A stretch of DNA of 64,000 nt, from the NCBI GenBank assembly GCA_965153285.1, contig OZ229121.1; one strand, 5' to 3'. The translations under genes and the position numbers were made by a program. Of the stretch, positions 1 to 12,898 are shown piece after piece. The notes below the pieces were generated by a model. It made no database searches, was not told where the DNA came from, and was given only the letters and a program-made list of their open reading frames with translations. Source of the DNA: Podarcis tiliguerta. Lineage: Eukaryota. Positions within the stretch are counted from its first letter, which is position 1, and each line of letters begins with the position of its first letter.

Positions 1-87
1 CCGAGGCAGTTGGTGTGAATACCGAGACAGTGTACTTTAAAATAAATAAATGTCCTCTGTTCTAATGTGGTTATTTTGTGTTTCTAG

Positions 88-219
88 AAATCTAATTGCC
101 TTTTCAGAAGAAGGATCTGACCCCTATGTCCGAATGTATTTATTGCCTGACAAGAGGAGATCAGGAAGAAGAAAAACAAGCGTTTCAAAGAAGAATTTAA
201 ATCCAGTGTTTGATCAGGC
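88..219 (+). CDS. ESYT2: ESYT2 coding exon (4th from last)
   Basis: tttctag|AAATCT...CAGGC|gtatgt; encodes SDPYVRMYLLPDKRRSGRRKT. Confidence 0.92.
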
Positions 220-2917
220 GTATGTTGCAGTTTCTCATTTGTTGTTTTTACAACATGGAGTTGACACAATCTTCCTTTGCTTGCAGTGAAATAGAAGTAA
301 TCAGGAGTATACAGTAAACTGTTTAGGAGTAAACAGATTTCCCAAGTTTGTGTTTTCTTTAACACTTATTTTAAAACAGGGAACATGGTTTAGTACAATG
401 TCTGTTTTAAAAGATGATTGGTTTTAGTAGCCTGGTATGCTTAGAAAGTAGAGATGGACAGAAACCTCAGAAAGCAAATAGTTTTGCAGAGGGAAGTGCT
501 CACCATGAGGTGAGAGGGAGTTTATGTTCGTGAATATTTTTCCATTCAAGCTCAGTTGGAATCTCTCAAAGGCTGCTTTCAGAATTTCAGGGATTTCCCT
601 CCTGCAGACCTGTTTTGCAGTTTAGAAATACAATTTAATAAAAATATAAACAGAGATTCTAAACTTGCTGGGTATCCTGTATCCGATGCCTTATTGTGTT
701 CCATTTCATAAGCTCACTTTAAGATTGTTTTCTCTGAAAGATTGTTTCCCTTTTCAGCTTTGATTTCAGTGTTTCATTACCTGAAGTACAGAGAAGGACG
801 TTAGATGTAGCAGTGAAGAACAGTGGAGGTTTCTTATCCAAAGACAAAGGGCTGCTTGGTAAGGTAAGTTACAGATATAAAGAAAAAATACCATGGAATG
901 CTGGTGCAGGTAAGTGTGAGTTAAAATGTTCTTCCTTTCTCAAAATACTACAGCCTAGAATCATCAGTGAAGCTGAATGTTGGAAGATGCAGGAGATGCA
1001 AAATGAGACAGACAGTCTTAAGAACAGAGGGCTTTAAGCATCACATCATAGGAATGTAGGAAGCTTCCTTTTAGTGAGCCACACCACTGGTCCATCTAGC
1101 CCAGTATTGTCTGTGCTGACTGGCAACAGTTTTCCAGGATTTCAAACCAGCATCTCTCCCATTCCTACCTGGAGATGCTGGGAATTGAGCGTGGGGCCTT
1201 CTCCGTGCAGCAACGTGGGAGCCACAAGTAGTCAACCCACTTCCTGCAATGTTGTGTAGTGCAGATCTGGAATACCTGAGGAAATCTGAAGCAGCTGGGC
1301 CTTCCAAAAAGTCACCAGCCATTACAGAAATGGTAGGAGGGCAGCCTTGCACCTCGGCCTTGGCTCTTGACTCTTACCCCAGAAGCTGCACCCCTAGAAA
1401 TAGACAATGTGACTTTGCGTGAGAGGAGAGTTATCTACCTGCCTTTTGTCTGAGCAGAGATGCTGCCTGCTGTAGCCTCAGGATCTGAGCTATAGGCCCC
1501 AGCCTGGTGAGCTTGCCAAGTACCCTTGCAAGGCCCCCAATAAATACCCAGTCCTTGTGATGATGCAGCCAGAATGTACAGTGGTGCCTCGCAAGACGAA
1601 AAGAATCCGTTCCGCGAGTCTCTTCGTCTTGCGAAGCAAGCCCATTAGCGGCTTAGCGGGCTTAGCGGATCAGCTGATAAGCGGCTTAGCAGATCAGCTG
1701 TTAAGCGGCTTAGCGGCTTGGGAAAAAGGGGGGGGGAGGGAAAAAACCCCGCAGGAACTCGCAAAACATTTTCGTCTTGTGAAGCAAGCCCATAGCAAAT
1801 TCGTTTTGCGAAGCACCTCCAAAACGGAAAACCCTTTCGTCTAGCGGGTTTTCCGTCTTGCGAGGCATTCGTCTTGCGGGGCACCACTGTATTTCCTTGA
1901 CCTTTGACCATCTTGGATTATTAAAGCTTGCCAGAGTAAAGTGAAGGCACGAGGCAGGAGTTGGGAATGCAGGTGAGCTGTGCACAGGCATGCTGCCAGC
2001 TAGCTCTGCGGAGGCTCTTTTTATTAGCACAGTATGCAAACCCAGGCAGATACATTTTGGACTGTGACCTTTACACATCTTCCAATCCCGAGATCGAGAG
2101 GTGGTACAAGGTTATTTTGGCCCCTGTTTCCACTGCATCATTTCCCCCTTGAACAATGTATGACGAAGGAGACAAAGGTCACAGACAGGGCACGGCAGGC
2201 CACTAAGAGAGCAAAGGTTAGATAGAGGGCATGATGTTCAGACAGCTGTGGCTTTGTCTGCAGGAGGAAGTGTGCTCCACACCCGGCGGACATTCCTTCA
2301 CCAGAGGGGTATCCCCAAGCGGGTTCAGGGTGTGGTCAATGCATCTTCGTGGTCCCAGCTGTCCTGAAAGGTAGCGAGTTGATCATTCCTGAAAAAGCCC
2401 ACCCTGGACACTTTCACTGATTGCAACTTCCAACTGGCTGAAAACTCCCTTTTTAGGGAAGGTGATTGAGGCTTGTGGCGTAACAACTACAAGTACCTAT
2501 CCAGATTCAGCACATGGGAATTCTGTATCATACTTGTGCCGCAAAATGTGTTGCTGAATGCTGTCACAATGAGATTCTAGCCTTTAAAGTTTGAGAGAGG
2601 GCATCAGCAAAAGTTCTACTTAAGCAGCTGTAGGGCACTTACAATTAAAAAAACTAAGTGTTAAATCACTCCCACAAGATATAAGCATGCCCAGATTTCT
2701 CGGAAATTAATTAGCTGCTTCTTTTCTTGCACAGGTATTGATACCACTGGCTTCTGAAGAACTTTCCAAGAGTTGCACCCAGTGGTAAGTACAATCACAC
2801 TGGCACTCTTTCCATCTTATTTATTCTTGGTGCCTCCAATAAGACTGCTCTTCTTTTTCTTCGCCTTCTAGGTATGACCTGACAGAAGATGGTACAAGGC
2901 CGCATATTGCACCTTAG
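88..2917 (+). CDS. ESYT2: Extended synaptotagmin-2, 3' part (C-terminal C2 domain); join(88..219,758..863,2735..2784,2872..2917); 5' part lies upstream of the window
   Basis: Spliced translation NLIAFSEEGSDPYVRMYLLPDKRRSGRRKTSVSKKNLNPVFDQAFDFSVSLPEVQRRTLDVAVKNSGGFLSKDKGLLGKVLIPLASEELSKSCTQWYDLTEDGTRPHIAP* matches the recalled vertebrate ESYT2 C2C domain. GT-AG junctions are phase-compatible. ESYT2 followed by NCAPG2 on the same strand is known amniote synteny. Confidence 0.95.
758..863 (+). CDS. ESYT2: ESYT2 coding exon (3rd from last)
   Basis: ttttcag|CTTTGAT...GGTAAG|gtaagt; encodes FDFSVSLPEVQRRTLDVAVKNSGGFLSKDKGLLGK. Confidence 0.93.
1047..1225 (-). mobile_element. Degenerate tRNA-derived squamate SINE
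   Basis: Reverse strand has a B-box-like head and a body containing ...ctagatggacc...; related decayed copies near 32575-32670 and 63350-63500. Confidence 0.5.
1579..1889. mobile_element. Tc1/mariner (pogo/Tigger-like) MITE
   Basis: TIRs CAGTGGTGCCTCGCAAGACGAA / TTCGTCTTGCGGGGCACCACTG, TA on both sides, internal GCTTAGCGG repeats. Confidence 0.9.
2390..2490 (+). mobile_element. Decayed L2-type LINE RT fragment
   Basis: CTCCCTTTTTAGGGAAGGTGATTGAG resembles the L2 motif (N)LPFLGKVIE. Confidence 0.45.
2735..2784 (+). CDS. ESYT2: ESYT2 penultimate exon
   Basis: gcacag|GTATTG...CAGTG|gtaagt; encodes VLIPLASEELSKSCTQW. Confidence 0.9.
2872..2917 (+). CDS. ESYT2: ESYT2 last coding exon to TAG
   Basis: ttctag|GTATGACCTG...CCTTAG; encodes YDLTEDGTRPHIAP*. 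Confidence 0.9.
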
Positions 2918-5900
2918 GCAGTTTGGGATGCCAGAAGCTCCTGTTCATATACTTTTGCCATCCTTTATATATTTTATCAACATTGTTCACACAGATGTAT
3001 TAATATTTTTTATAACTCTTAGTTATTAGGCTCAACCAACACTTCCCAACAGTTTTATAATACTTGGACATTATATGTAGGCTTAAGTCCGTTTGTTAGC
3101 CTTTTTTCCTTCATTTGTTACAGCTACTTTAATGTGCAATAGGGTTTGTAGAGTAACCATGTTTCAATGGAACCTTTTATGGCATTTGTAACCTTGAGAA
3201 AAGTGAGATTTTATCTGGTTTTCCTATCTTGTTTCATATCTCACCAAGGTGTCTGCCATGTAAATAGAGGCTATTTTTTTAAAGAGAGTTTCCCCCAATG
3301 GTTTGAAGACAAAAGGAAAATGTAAACACAAATGAGATCTTTTTCTTTTAAATGCACGCTAAAAGTTTAAGGCAAAATGTTTAGGGAACGGTTTTCACAG
3401 CAAAATTGTCTTAATCCTAAGATGACTGATTTCTTCAAAAAGAAAAGAAAAAGTACAGAAGGAATTAATTGAACAGTTAGCCCATATATTTCTGGCCTTT
3501 AAGCCTTGCAAAATGGGAGAGTACAAAATATTAACTTTTAATATTTATATAGAAAGGTATTCTTGGAATTTCAGATAATTCATATAATTCTAAAATTCAT
3601 CCAGATGTTATAAAGAAAAGTATATATAATTACTGTACAAAAAAAATACTGTATGAAAATAAGATGATCATGGTGTTGAAATAATAGTATATTCATCTAG
3701 TCTCTTAAGATGCAAAAGTGAAGACTTGAGTAGTACAGTGTTTTGTAATGCACTTTTGCAGTCATTGCTTCCTGTTCAGAATTTATTTGCCCCACCTGAA
3801 ATACCAGAAAATTGCCTATGCAACAGTATGGTTAAGATGTACTGCAGATTAAGAATTGATAACCACCCTAATAATTCAGAATCTGTGGTGGAATCACATT
3901 GATTGTTTTACATATGAAGCTTCTTTAACTGGGTCTCTAGGACGTTTATCAGTGCTATCATAAAATGCCTGCAGGTCTCTTAAATTGGAACTCATATTAT
4001 AGAAAGCTCAATATCTAGATTTCTGGCTAGCTTTTTCCAGTTGCTTCAATGCTTGGAGCAGTTCCTTCTCTTTTGGGTCTGATCTATGTGAAACACTCAC
4101 ATTCCATTCAAAACACCACTGCATTCTGCTGCAAGGACTAGTTCATACACCACCAGTTAAGGAATCTGTCACTAGAGATTGAGCAGACCGTGTGCTCCCC
4201 AAATTCTGCAAAATCAGCCATGAATCTGGAATGTGTGGATCAGAATGATGTTAATGCAGTAAAAATGAGCCATTTAAAATCAGATGTACGTTCTAATCAG
4301 TGCAGCTTTTTCATTTGATTTTTACAGGCCCAGGAAATGCAGGAGTGGTTTGCAACAAATGGACTTGATAAATGTTTTGAGTGTGAACGTTTTGCTTCAT
4401 TTTATTCATTGTTACTTTCAGAACAGAATCAATGGGGCAGTGATTATATCTATTGCTTCCTTTTTTTGGAAAGCTTTCTCAGATGGTTTTTAACAAAAAT
4501 GTCTATTTTTGTGGTTTAACCCAAGAAACAGTACACTTCCTCTGCAGACAGTAGCCTCACAATCTTGGGTAAATATGCAATTGCTTTTTAAAAACAAAAT
4601 AACAATTTATCATTAGTTGATTCTCTTGGGGTGGCTTCTGACTACAAAATAATGTTTGTGGGTAAATAAACTTCTGGAATACTAGCTTTATAATTAAACT
4701 TACATAACCTTAATCCTCGCTTAGACAATTGGAATAATCCAACAGTAATGCCTCCTGCACAAGAACCATTCAGTTGAGCTTGCACAGAAGAGATTCCCAT
4801 GTGCCCTTCAAGTATACTAAGAATACCGAAGTGCCTGTCATATAGATGTAGCAGACTGTTCATACCAAGTTTAAAAAACAATTTCATTTTCATTTGTCGG
4901 CGTGACACCTTTGTACATACCCATTGGCATCCCGTATGTAACATCAAGTTGTATTGTGTCAGCTTTGCTAGGCAGACCTGTGCAGCATCATTCAGATAAT
5001 TTGGCACATGTACATGAGCTCTGAGAGAGAGGCTCACCATAAACATAGCTTACATTAAGGTGGTCCCTTACTTCCTTTTAAGCATCTTCACTATATGACC
5101 ACCGTTAGACAGCTCAAACAAAGGAGAACATATAATAGGAAGAAGAAAAGCCATAAGCTGTAGTTACCACTAGCCCTTATGAGAAATATGAAGGCAAGGG
5201 AAATGCGACTCGAAGTTAAGTCTTTTTGAATAAAACTAATAACCCATATACCCTAGTATTCTCTCCTGGCTAAAATTGGTATTAGTAAGTAAGAGCATTG
5301 TACGGTGGCATTAGTTATGTTGAAATTCCTAAATGATGAGATTCTTGGGAGAGGATGCCATAATGCCAACATGTGGGCATGTAACATCGTAGAACAAATA
5401 GGTTTCTCAGTGTCAAAATTTGGCAGGATGGTCCTACAAAATTCTTTTTTGAGTATCTGAGTATCAGGTATGGTAACATCTATTTCATGTATTTGCAATA
5501 CCTTGGCATTAAGAGTTGGATATTGGTGGGAATGCATAGAGGTAATGCAGACTACTAGTGTGTGTGTGTGAAATACTTCCAATCTGTTATTAAAGTAAAA
5601 GCCGTCACCTTTTCTCTTCATCCCTGGTATATATCAGTGTTCTTTCCCTACATCCCAAGGTATCCTGCATGAGGAAATAACAATAGTAAGAGTTATGCCA
5701 AATGTGTGCAAAAAGGGATTTGTAACAATGTGAGAACTCATCAAGGTGGCCCTCAGGTGGAGAGGAGCTCGCTCTCAAAAATCTGGACCAAAATCCTGGC
5801 TAATTACAAAAAAAATGCTCTTTTCTACCTTTGGAAATCAGAAGCTGCATGCATGAATCTATTCTGTCCGCAACTTGGTGGTGGTAAGATGAGGAAGAAT

Positions 5901-6310
5901 GACTTTTCCATTAGCAAATCAAAGACTGAATGTCATCAGACTAGCTTTCCGCGTTCTTTATTTTTTTAATTCTGTGCCTTAAAGGAAAGCTTAAATACTT
6001 TGTTTCAACCCAAGCTTTGTTCTCTGTATCTACCAGTTTTTGTTGCGTGCTATTGAAACTGTTCAGTGCTCTATGTTGCTGGAGAGGAAAGCAGCACTTT
6101 GCATTTAGAGCTATTATAATCCAAGCACCAAGTCACTATATTACGTGGGTTTTGGATTAAATTATTTGAACCTTCTCTATATCAGGCTTGCAGCAACTGC
6201 TGAAGGGAGGAGATAGGGTGATCAGTTTAGTACAGATTGCCTCTTTCGCTCATGTAATTTTGCAATTGCATGTATTTATTCAATAAATGATTCATATGGG
6301 AGCTATTGGT
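2918..6310 (+). other. ESYT2: Probable ESYT2 3' UTR (3' end uncertain)
   Basis: AU-rich, transposon-poor stretch after the stop; canonical AATAAA at 4665, 5229 and 6282. Confidence 0.55.
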
Positions 6311-7859
6311 GGATCTTTTTTTCCTTCATTCCAAGAAAGTCTTAAATATTTATTTACCCGACATAACAGGCAGTCATTAGTGCATCAGTGATTTACTGCA
6401 TTATCAGAAGACATGTATTCTGTGTATGTATGTTGACTACTGAAATCAATAGGAACTTCCTGCGGTACAGGGAAGAGGTTCATTGATAAGCCTAAGCTTA
6501 TGCCATTGATGAAACTTGAGAAAAAGCAGATAGTTACTTCCAAGACTTCTGTTGGTTGGATATCTACACTGATATAGCCTCTGTAATTGGTTTCCTGCAG
6601 AAGCAACATTTTTCAGAACTCACTCACATTGTGTTACCATCTTGAAGATAAGAGGGAGGGATGAAGGTATTTCAGAGAAGGTAGATGGAGCAAATAAGGC
6701 ATATTTTAAAAATGGTTTTCAATTCAGAAGAGAAACGTCTTCAGTTGCCCAGTGCATAGAAAACTCTCATAATACTGGGTCAGGTCTGCTTTTCTTTTAC
6801 TTCCATCAACATTTCAGCCGTGATAGAAATGCCTATGTGCACTGTCTTACAACAGCTGATTTTGTATTTTCTTGCATTACTTATTTCTGCTTTTTAACCT
6901 ATAAGCAAAGGCAGCTGTGGTGGCCCATAAGAAATTCAGAAATGCATACTTGGGCAATACTATTATTTGGCCAACCACAAATATCATAAACTGGTGAGCA
7001 AGGTACTCACTTCTACAAAGGCACAAAGGCTGGGAGGGGAGGCTGATTTCTGCAGCGGCATCTCAGTCCCCACCACACCTTATGTCACATATGATGGCAG
7101 GTGTGAGTGGTTTCTGAAAAGCAGCCTCGTAGGCCCAGTAAGCCAAGTTTGGCCCACAGGCTGGGGGTTCCCTCTGATTTTAAAGGTATGATGTCCATTT
7201 AGTCACAGTCTTCTGTTGGGATAAAGAAACACGATGATTGATTCACCCATTTTAAAAAAATCATCTAAATCCAGCTGTTACCTGGGATCGTCTCCATCAC
7301 TGGGTTCCTTGTTAGGTGGAAAACAGAAATAAACTAGTTTTTAAATTAAGGATGCTGAGATTAACTTTAGTTGCTGTCCTAGGTGAAAAAGAAGTCACTG
7401 AAAGCTAAATAAGGTAATTTAAGATAAGTGGTACATTTTTAAGCTATAAGGAGACAAAAAAGTGAGCTCTTGGTAACAGTTCTGATGCGATCTCAAATAG
7501 TGTGCTTTTTCAATCATGCACACAACTCATAAATAGCACTAGATGGTGCTATAGATTCTGATGAATAAGTGCTCTTCCCAGTCAGTTCAGCCTATTCATG
7601 GACAAAAGCTAAAAGCTTTAGTTGTACCAGGGTTTTTTTCCTGGTATATCGTAATTTGAGGAATGTACTATATGTACTATGAATGTGCCCTTTGCTATGG
7701 GCTTGCTGAGGAAATCTTGTAAACATTGCTGGCTGTTGGTTTTTAAAATCTCTCTTTTTATGGTACCACTCTCCTGATTTATGTCTGGTTTTTGTACCCC
7801 ACCCTGGGATTAAGTGGGATGATGGGCTGGTTAAAAATATTCTGTAGAAATGCAGAAAA

Positions 7860-9030
7860 CTTCAAAATTAAAAAGTGAATTTCTGCAACCAAAGAGGAAA
7901 ATAATATTGAAATTATACAGCTTGCTCCTTGAATAGGAACTGAAAGATGAGGTAATAAAAGAACAAATGATGGTCACAAGAGCTGGGCCACACAATTCAT
8001 TTAGACAGGGAGGAAAGATTATGGAAAACTGATATATATTTTACAGTGTGCTATTTGATTAAGGAAAATATAATGATGTTTTACCGCTGGTACCTCACCC
8101 CAGTGAAACTATCAAAAATGTATAAAAAATCAAATCTCTGTTGGAGATGCAAAACAGAGGTGGGGACGATGTATCATATGTGGTGGGGGTGCAAAGTGGT
8201 GAAACAATTCTGGATTATGATACATGAAGAACTTAAAAAGATATTTAGGAGTTCTATCTTTAAAAAACCAGAGGCATTTTTGCTGGGTTTAGTATTGAGT
8301 GACGCTCCTAAGGATAAAAGGAATGAATTCCGTTACACAGCCGCGGCAGCCAGAATCGTAGTGGCAAAAAATTGGAAAACTGATAAAATACCAGAATTAT
8401 TAGTATGGAGAATCAAATTTCTTGAATTCACAGAGATGGCAAAATTAACAGCATCAATTAGAGGCTACTCTAATCAAAAAATTAATGAAGAGTGGGAATG
8501 CGTTAAGGAATACATGAAAAAAGTTGTGCTGGAGCTTAAAAATTAATATGCAAAAGTATAAAAGGCGCAAAGAGATAGGATAATATATTAAGGATGGAAT
8601 AACAAAGTGAATAACAGCAATAACAAAAATAATAGTAAAGAATATCAAACACGGATGGAGCGAAGTACTGGGCTGTGGGGGAGGGAGGTGAAGGGATTAA
8701 TTGAAACTGTTAAAGATTGTTATAGGATTTAAGAGATTTAAATTTTCATAAAGATTCTATAAGGAAAGCTGAAAGCAGCAAGAAATATCAAGTAAAGGTA
8801 TCGGAGAGGAAATCAGTGTAAATGAAAACATGAGACTTATGGTTTTGTTACATATGATTTTATTTTGGAGTTGTCTGTTTATTTTGGACTTGTTTGTTGT
8901 AAAGAATGTATATCATGTGAGTAAAATAATAAAGGATGAAACTGAAAAAAATAAAGAAAAAGAAAATGTTATTAGCCTAAATATCTGTAAGTTAAGACAT
9001 AATGAAAAAAACAAAAAACGCAGAATTATT
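7860..9030 (+). mobile_element. 5'-truncated L1-clade LINE: ORF2 C-terminus (8046-8546) plus A-rich 3' UTR
   Basis: Cys-rich knuckle CWRC...GTMYHMWWGC followed by AARIVVAKNWK is typical of non-mammalian L1 ORF2 C-termini. Confidence 0.85.
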
Positions 9031-11698
9031 TAGAATTGGATAAGAAGATGGCATATATAATGTTTGTTGACTTATCAATGTAAACTATGCTTGTGCATTT
9101 AGACCTCTACACTCCTTCAAGGTGTATTGCCCTACAAATCCACACTGACAGTTCCATAAAAATCCCCCCAAAAAGTAATAGTAAATACAGTAATAGTGTG
9201 CTAACTATTGTTTTTGTGAGAGCTTTTAAAAAGCAGATTATGAGATAGGGCATTTGGATGACGGATATCAGACTTCAAACCCTAAGGAACTGCTAGGTTT
9301 CCTAGAATAATGTAAGAAGGTTCCCTGTGCTGGGAAATTGCAGTACCCCGAAGCAGAAGTAGAATCACAAGAGAAGATATGCATAAGAAATAGAATCTAG
9401 TCCTCTGGAAAGTCCCTTGAATTTCTGGCCTGGCCATATTAACATTTGCAGCAGAGTGCATGACAGATGCCCCATTTTCCTAAGTGAGAGGAAGGCAAAC
9501 TACTATAGGATTTAGGAGAATTTTATGAGTGACCTTCCAATTTTATAAAAATTATTGAAGTAATACCGTAAGTGAAATGAAAAATAGAAATGGGAGGAAA
9601 CATTAAACGTCAATTGCAAAGAAATCCAATAGTAACAAAGTGTATATAAAATAAGCTTTACTGTAATATAAATAGCTGTTCCAGAACTGTCTCCTCACCA
9701 CTCAAGTGCGCACTATATAAAAGAAAACTGACTCTCATGTCAAAATAACAGTTTTCTGAAGGGGCATAGATGGTATATAGCCAAACAGATTCACCAGCTA
9801 TCATATGATGTCACATTCTGGGAATATTACTTTTGTTACTGCTGATAGCAGTGAATAATACACAAAATTACAATGGCTTGCCTGAGGCATTCTAGACTCC
9901 TTGACAGATAAGAGGGATCTCTTCAAGGGGGTGGGGGTGGGGGACAAGATTGTCTGATGAAGGGACAGCATGGAAGCAAGCTTGCATTTGCTGTTGCTCA
10001 GCAACCTTGTATTGAAGGCCCCCTTTCCCAGATTGCTTTAACAAGATTTGACGGGAGAAGGATAGTTAAGTATATGATTAATAAAAAAGATATAGATTAT
10101 TCTGAACTGATGTGCAGACACGTCAAAATGGAATTGTACAATTTAGGTACTGTTGAAGGATGACACCCTGCAAAAACTTGACAACTGGCTCATTATTACC
10201 TGCACAAAGCAATTCTTACATCCCTTTTTTGTTTTCTGCTGTATCACTTAAGATCTGATCTTTGTTATATTCAGCCTGCTATGATTTCTGTGTCAAGATC
10301 TAGTTGCAGGGACATGCTGAAATAAAAACCTGAATTTAATAAGCTATGTTAAATTGTAGGGAGAGCGGTATTTCAGTGAGTTTACCTGATGGGTACCTTT
10401 CAAGAGTTGGAAACACTGATAAATTACTGCAATTTGTACCCTGGCACTGCTTGCAAATGGAAGCGCCAGCCAATTAATTAGGCATATATCCCTGCTTTAC
10501 AATGGCTGCTCTTATTTAAACTGCCTCCACACTGTTGCTGTAGGGCTGTTAAAGCTGAGCTGTAAACGGCAGTCAGAGGGGAGCGGGGAACCAGTTGTTG
10601 TGCCAAGGAACTGGAGTCAAGGAATTGAGCCAGAGAACTGAAGAACATGCCAAAGCCAGAAATATATCCGGCAACGACTCAGCCCAAAGTCTGAGAATAT
10701 GTCACTGTCCAGACTCCAGGATGGTACCACAGTCTGCAGTTGTGGAAGTTGCACATGCACAGAGTGTTGTGGGTTCCTGGTTCCAGTTCTAGCAGCATAG
10801 AGTTTTCTTTGAGTAACTCAAATTATTTTTAACTTGACTTCACTTTCTATTCCCGCCCCCTGCACAATACACTTTAATAAAAGCTGCTTTCTTATATATT
10901 TGTTTTATAAAACTTTTCCATATAAGTGCCTAGCCCCATATAAATATCTAAAAAATTAATAAACCCTGAAGCCAAACTTTAGTACAATGTGTTTTACCCC
11001 ACTGGGGGGGAAAGTCATCTTTGTCAACTTCTGGTTTGTACTCTGCATATACTCTGGGGCTAGTCTACACCATATCGGCCTCCCCATTTAGATTTAGGTG
11101 GCATCATTACAGCTGGAAGCAGAAAGGTTCTCTGTCAGGTAGCATTTTAAATGACAAATTGGGAATCCTAACATATAATAAACAAAAAATGTGCCTATAA
11201 AATTAGAAAAAGAAATGAAGGTTCTGCTGCTTTCTCTGTGAGGTAGTAAGCTACATACCATATAAACAATTTCAATAAATTCAAAATGCTATTCTATTTC
11301 TTAACAGCATCTTGGCAGTCAAAAACAAGTCTCTTTTTCAACTGCTCCTCAATCCATAGTTCCACCTGTGGTGGCAGAGCAGCCTGCCAATTTCTGATAC
11401 TTTTAACTGGCTCTTAATTGTAACATGTAAGGTCTGGGGAACAAATGCAGCTCTCCAGACCCCTCTTTCAGTCCTACGCCAAAACCCCCCATTGGCCCTG
11501 GCCAATGAACTCTGATAACGCTTCTTACTTGACGTGATAGAGGTTAGAGTGATGCACAGTAGAAAAAGTACAATTTCCTTTACTTGGATCACCCACTTTT
11601 GCCAGGCTCATCATTGCTGGCCCTCAGAAAGCCACCCAGGAGGAAATGCTTGGGCTGGGGGGGGGGGGGAATTCCCACCTCCAGCAGCAGACAATATA

Positions 11699-11940
11699 CA
11701 GTGGTACCTCGGGTTAAGTACTTAATTCGTTCCGGAGGTCCGTTCTTAACCTGAAACTGTTCTTAACCTGAAGCACCACTTTAGCTAATGGGGCCTCCCA
11801 CTGCTGCCGCGCTGCCGGAGCACAATTTCTGTTCTCATCTTGAAGCAAAGTTCTTAACCCGAGGTAATATTTCTGGGTTAGCGGAGTCTGTAATCTGAAG
11901 CGTATGTAACCTGAAGCGTATGTAACCCGAGGTACCACTG
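11699..11940. mobile_element. Tigger/pogo-like MITE, family A copy 1 (orientation a)
   Basis: TIR CAGTGGTACCTCGGGTTA / TAACCCGAGGTACCACTG, TA TSD; six related copies in the window. Confidence 0.92.
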
Positions 11941-12286
11941 TACTAGGAGACACTGTGCCAGTTGCGCTTCTCAGCCTAACCTACCTCACGGGATTGATGG
12001 GTAAGTGAGGAGGCCGAGAACCATGTGACCATCTTGCTTGCCTTTGAGGTCAGATATAAAGGCAATAAATACTCAGAAGGCCCAAGGCCTCAAACTCTGC
12101 ACCTGTTAACGGGGAGAATGCCCCCGACTGAACACAGTGGGACTTCTTCCCGAATAAAACCTACATAGAACTGAACTATTAATGATGAGTGGGAATACTT
12201 TGGGGAAATGTTTTAAGAGGTATAAACAGTCAAATAAAACTTTCAAGTGGGGATTGACTTTTGGGCAGCAGTAAACAACAACTTAG

Positions 12287-12898
12287 AAATGGAGGCAGTG
12301 AGAGATTTTACTTTCTTCAGCTCCATGATCACTGCAGATGATGACAGCAGCCACGAAATTAAAAGACGCCTGCTTCTTGGGAGAAAAGCAATGACAAACC
12401 TAGACAGCATCTTAAAAAGCAGAGACATCACCTTGCCAACAAAGGTCCGTCTAGTTAAAGCTATGGTTTTCCCAGTAGTGATGTATGGAAGTAAGAGCTG
12501 GACCATAAAGAAGGCTGATTGCCAAAGAATTGATGCTTTTGAATTATGGTGCTGGAGGAGATTCTTGAGAGTCCCATGGACTGCAAGAAGATCAAACCTC
12601 TCCATTCTTAAGGAAATCAGCCCTGAGTGCTCACTGGAAGGACAGATCGTGAAGCTGAGGCTCCAATACTTTGACCACCTCATGAGAAGAGAAGACTCCC
12701 TGGAAAAGACCCTGATGTTGGGAAAGATGGAGGGCACAAGGAGAAGGGGACAACAGAGGACGAGATAGTGCAACAGTGTTCTCGAAGCTACCAGCATGAG
12801 TTTGACCAAACTGCGAGAGGCAGTGGAAGACAGGAGTGCCTGGCGTGCTCTGGTCCATGGGGTCATGAAGAGTCGGACGCGACTAAATGACAACAACA
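12287..12898 (+). mobile_element. BovB (RTE-clade) LINE, 5'-truncated
   Basis: ORF with EIKRRLLLGRKAMTNLDSILKSRDITLPTKV...RIDAFELWCWRR...LEKTLMLGK; (CAA)n tail; 14-bp TSD AAACAACAACTTAG at 12273-12286 and 12899-12912. Confidence 0.95.

Noticed and set aside
211-226. GC-AG donor at CAG|GCGTAT in ESYT2
   Set aside because: The GT donor at 220 gives the correct phase with the 758 acceptor.
1640-1725. CRISPR-like or telomere-like array
   Set aside because: No unique spacers, vertebrate context, unit is not TTAGGG, and it lies inside a MITE.
4284-7191. Short ORFs in and after the ESYT2 3' UTR
   Set aside because: No recognisable domains or splice structure; lengths are compatible with chance.
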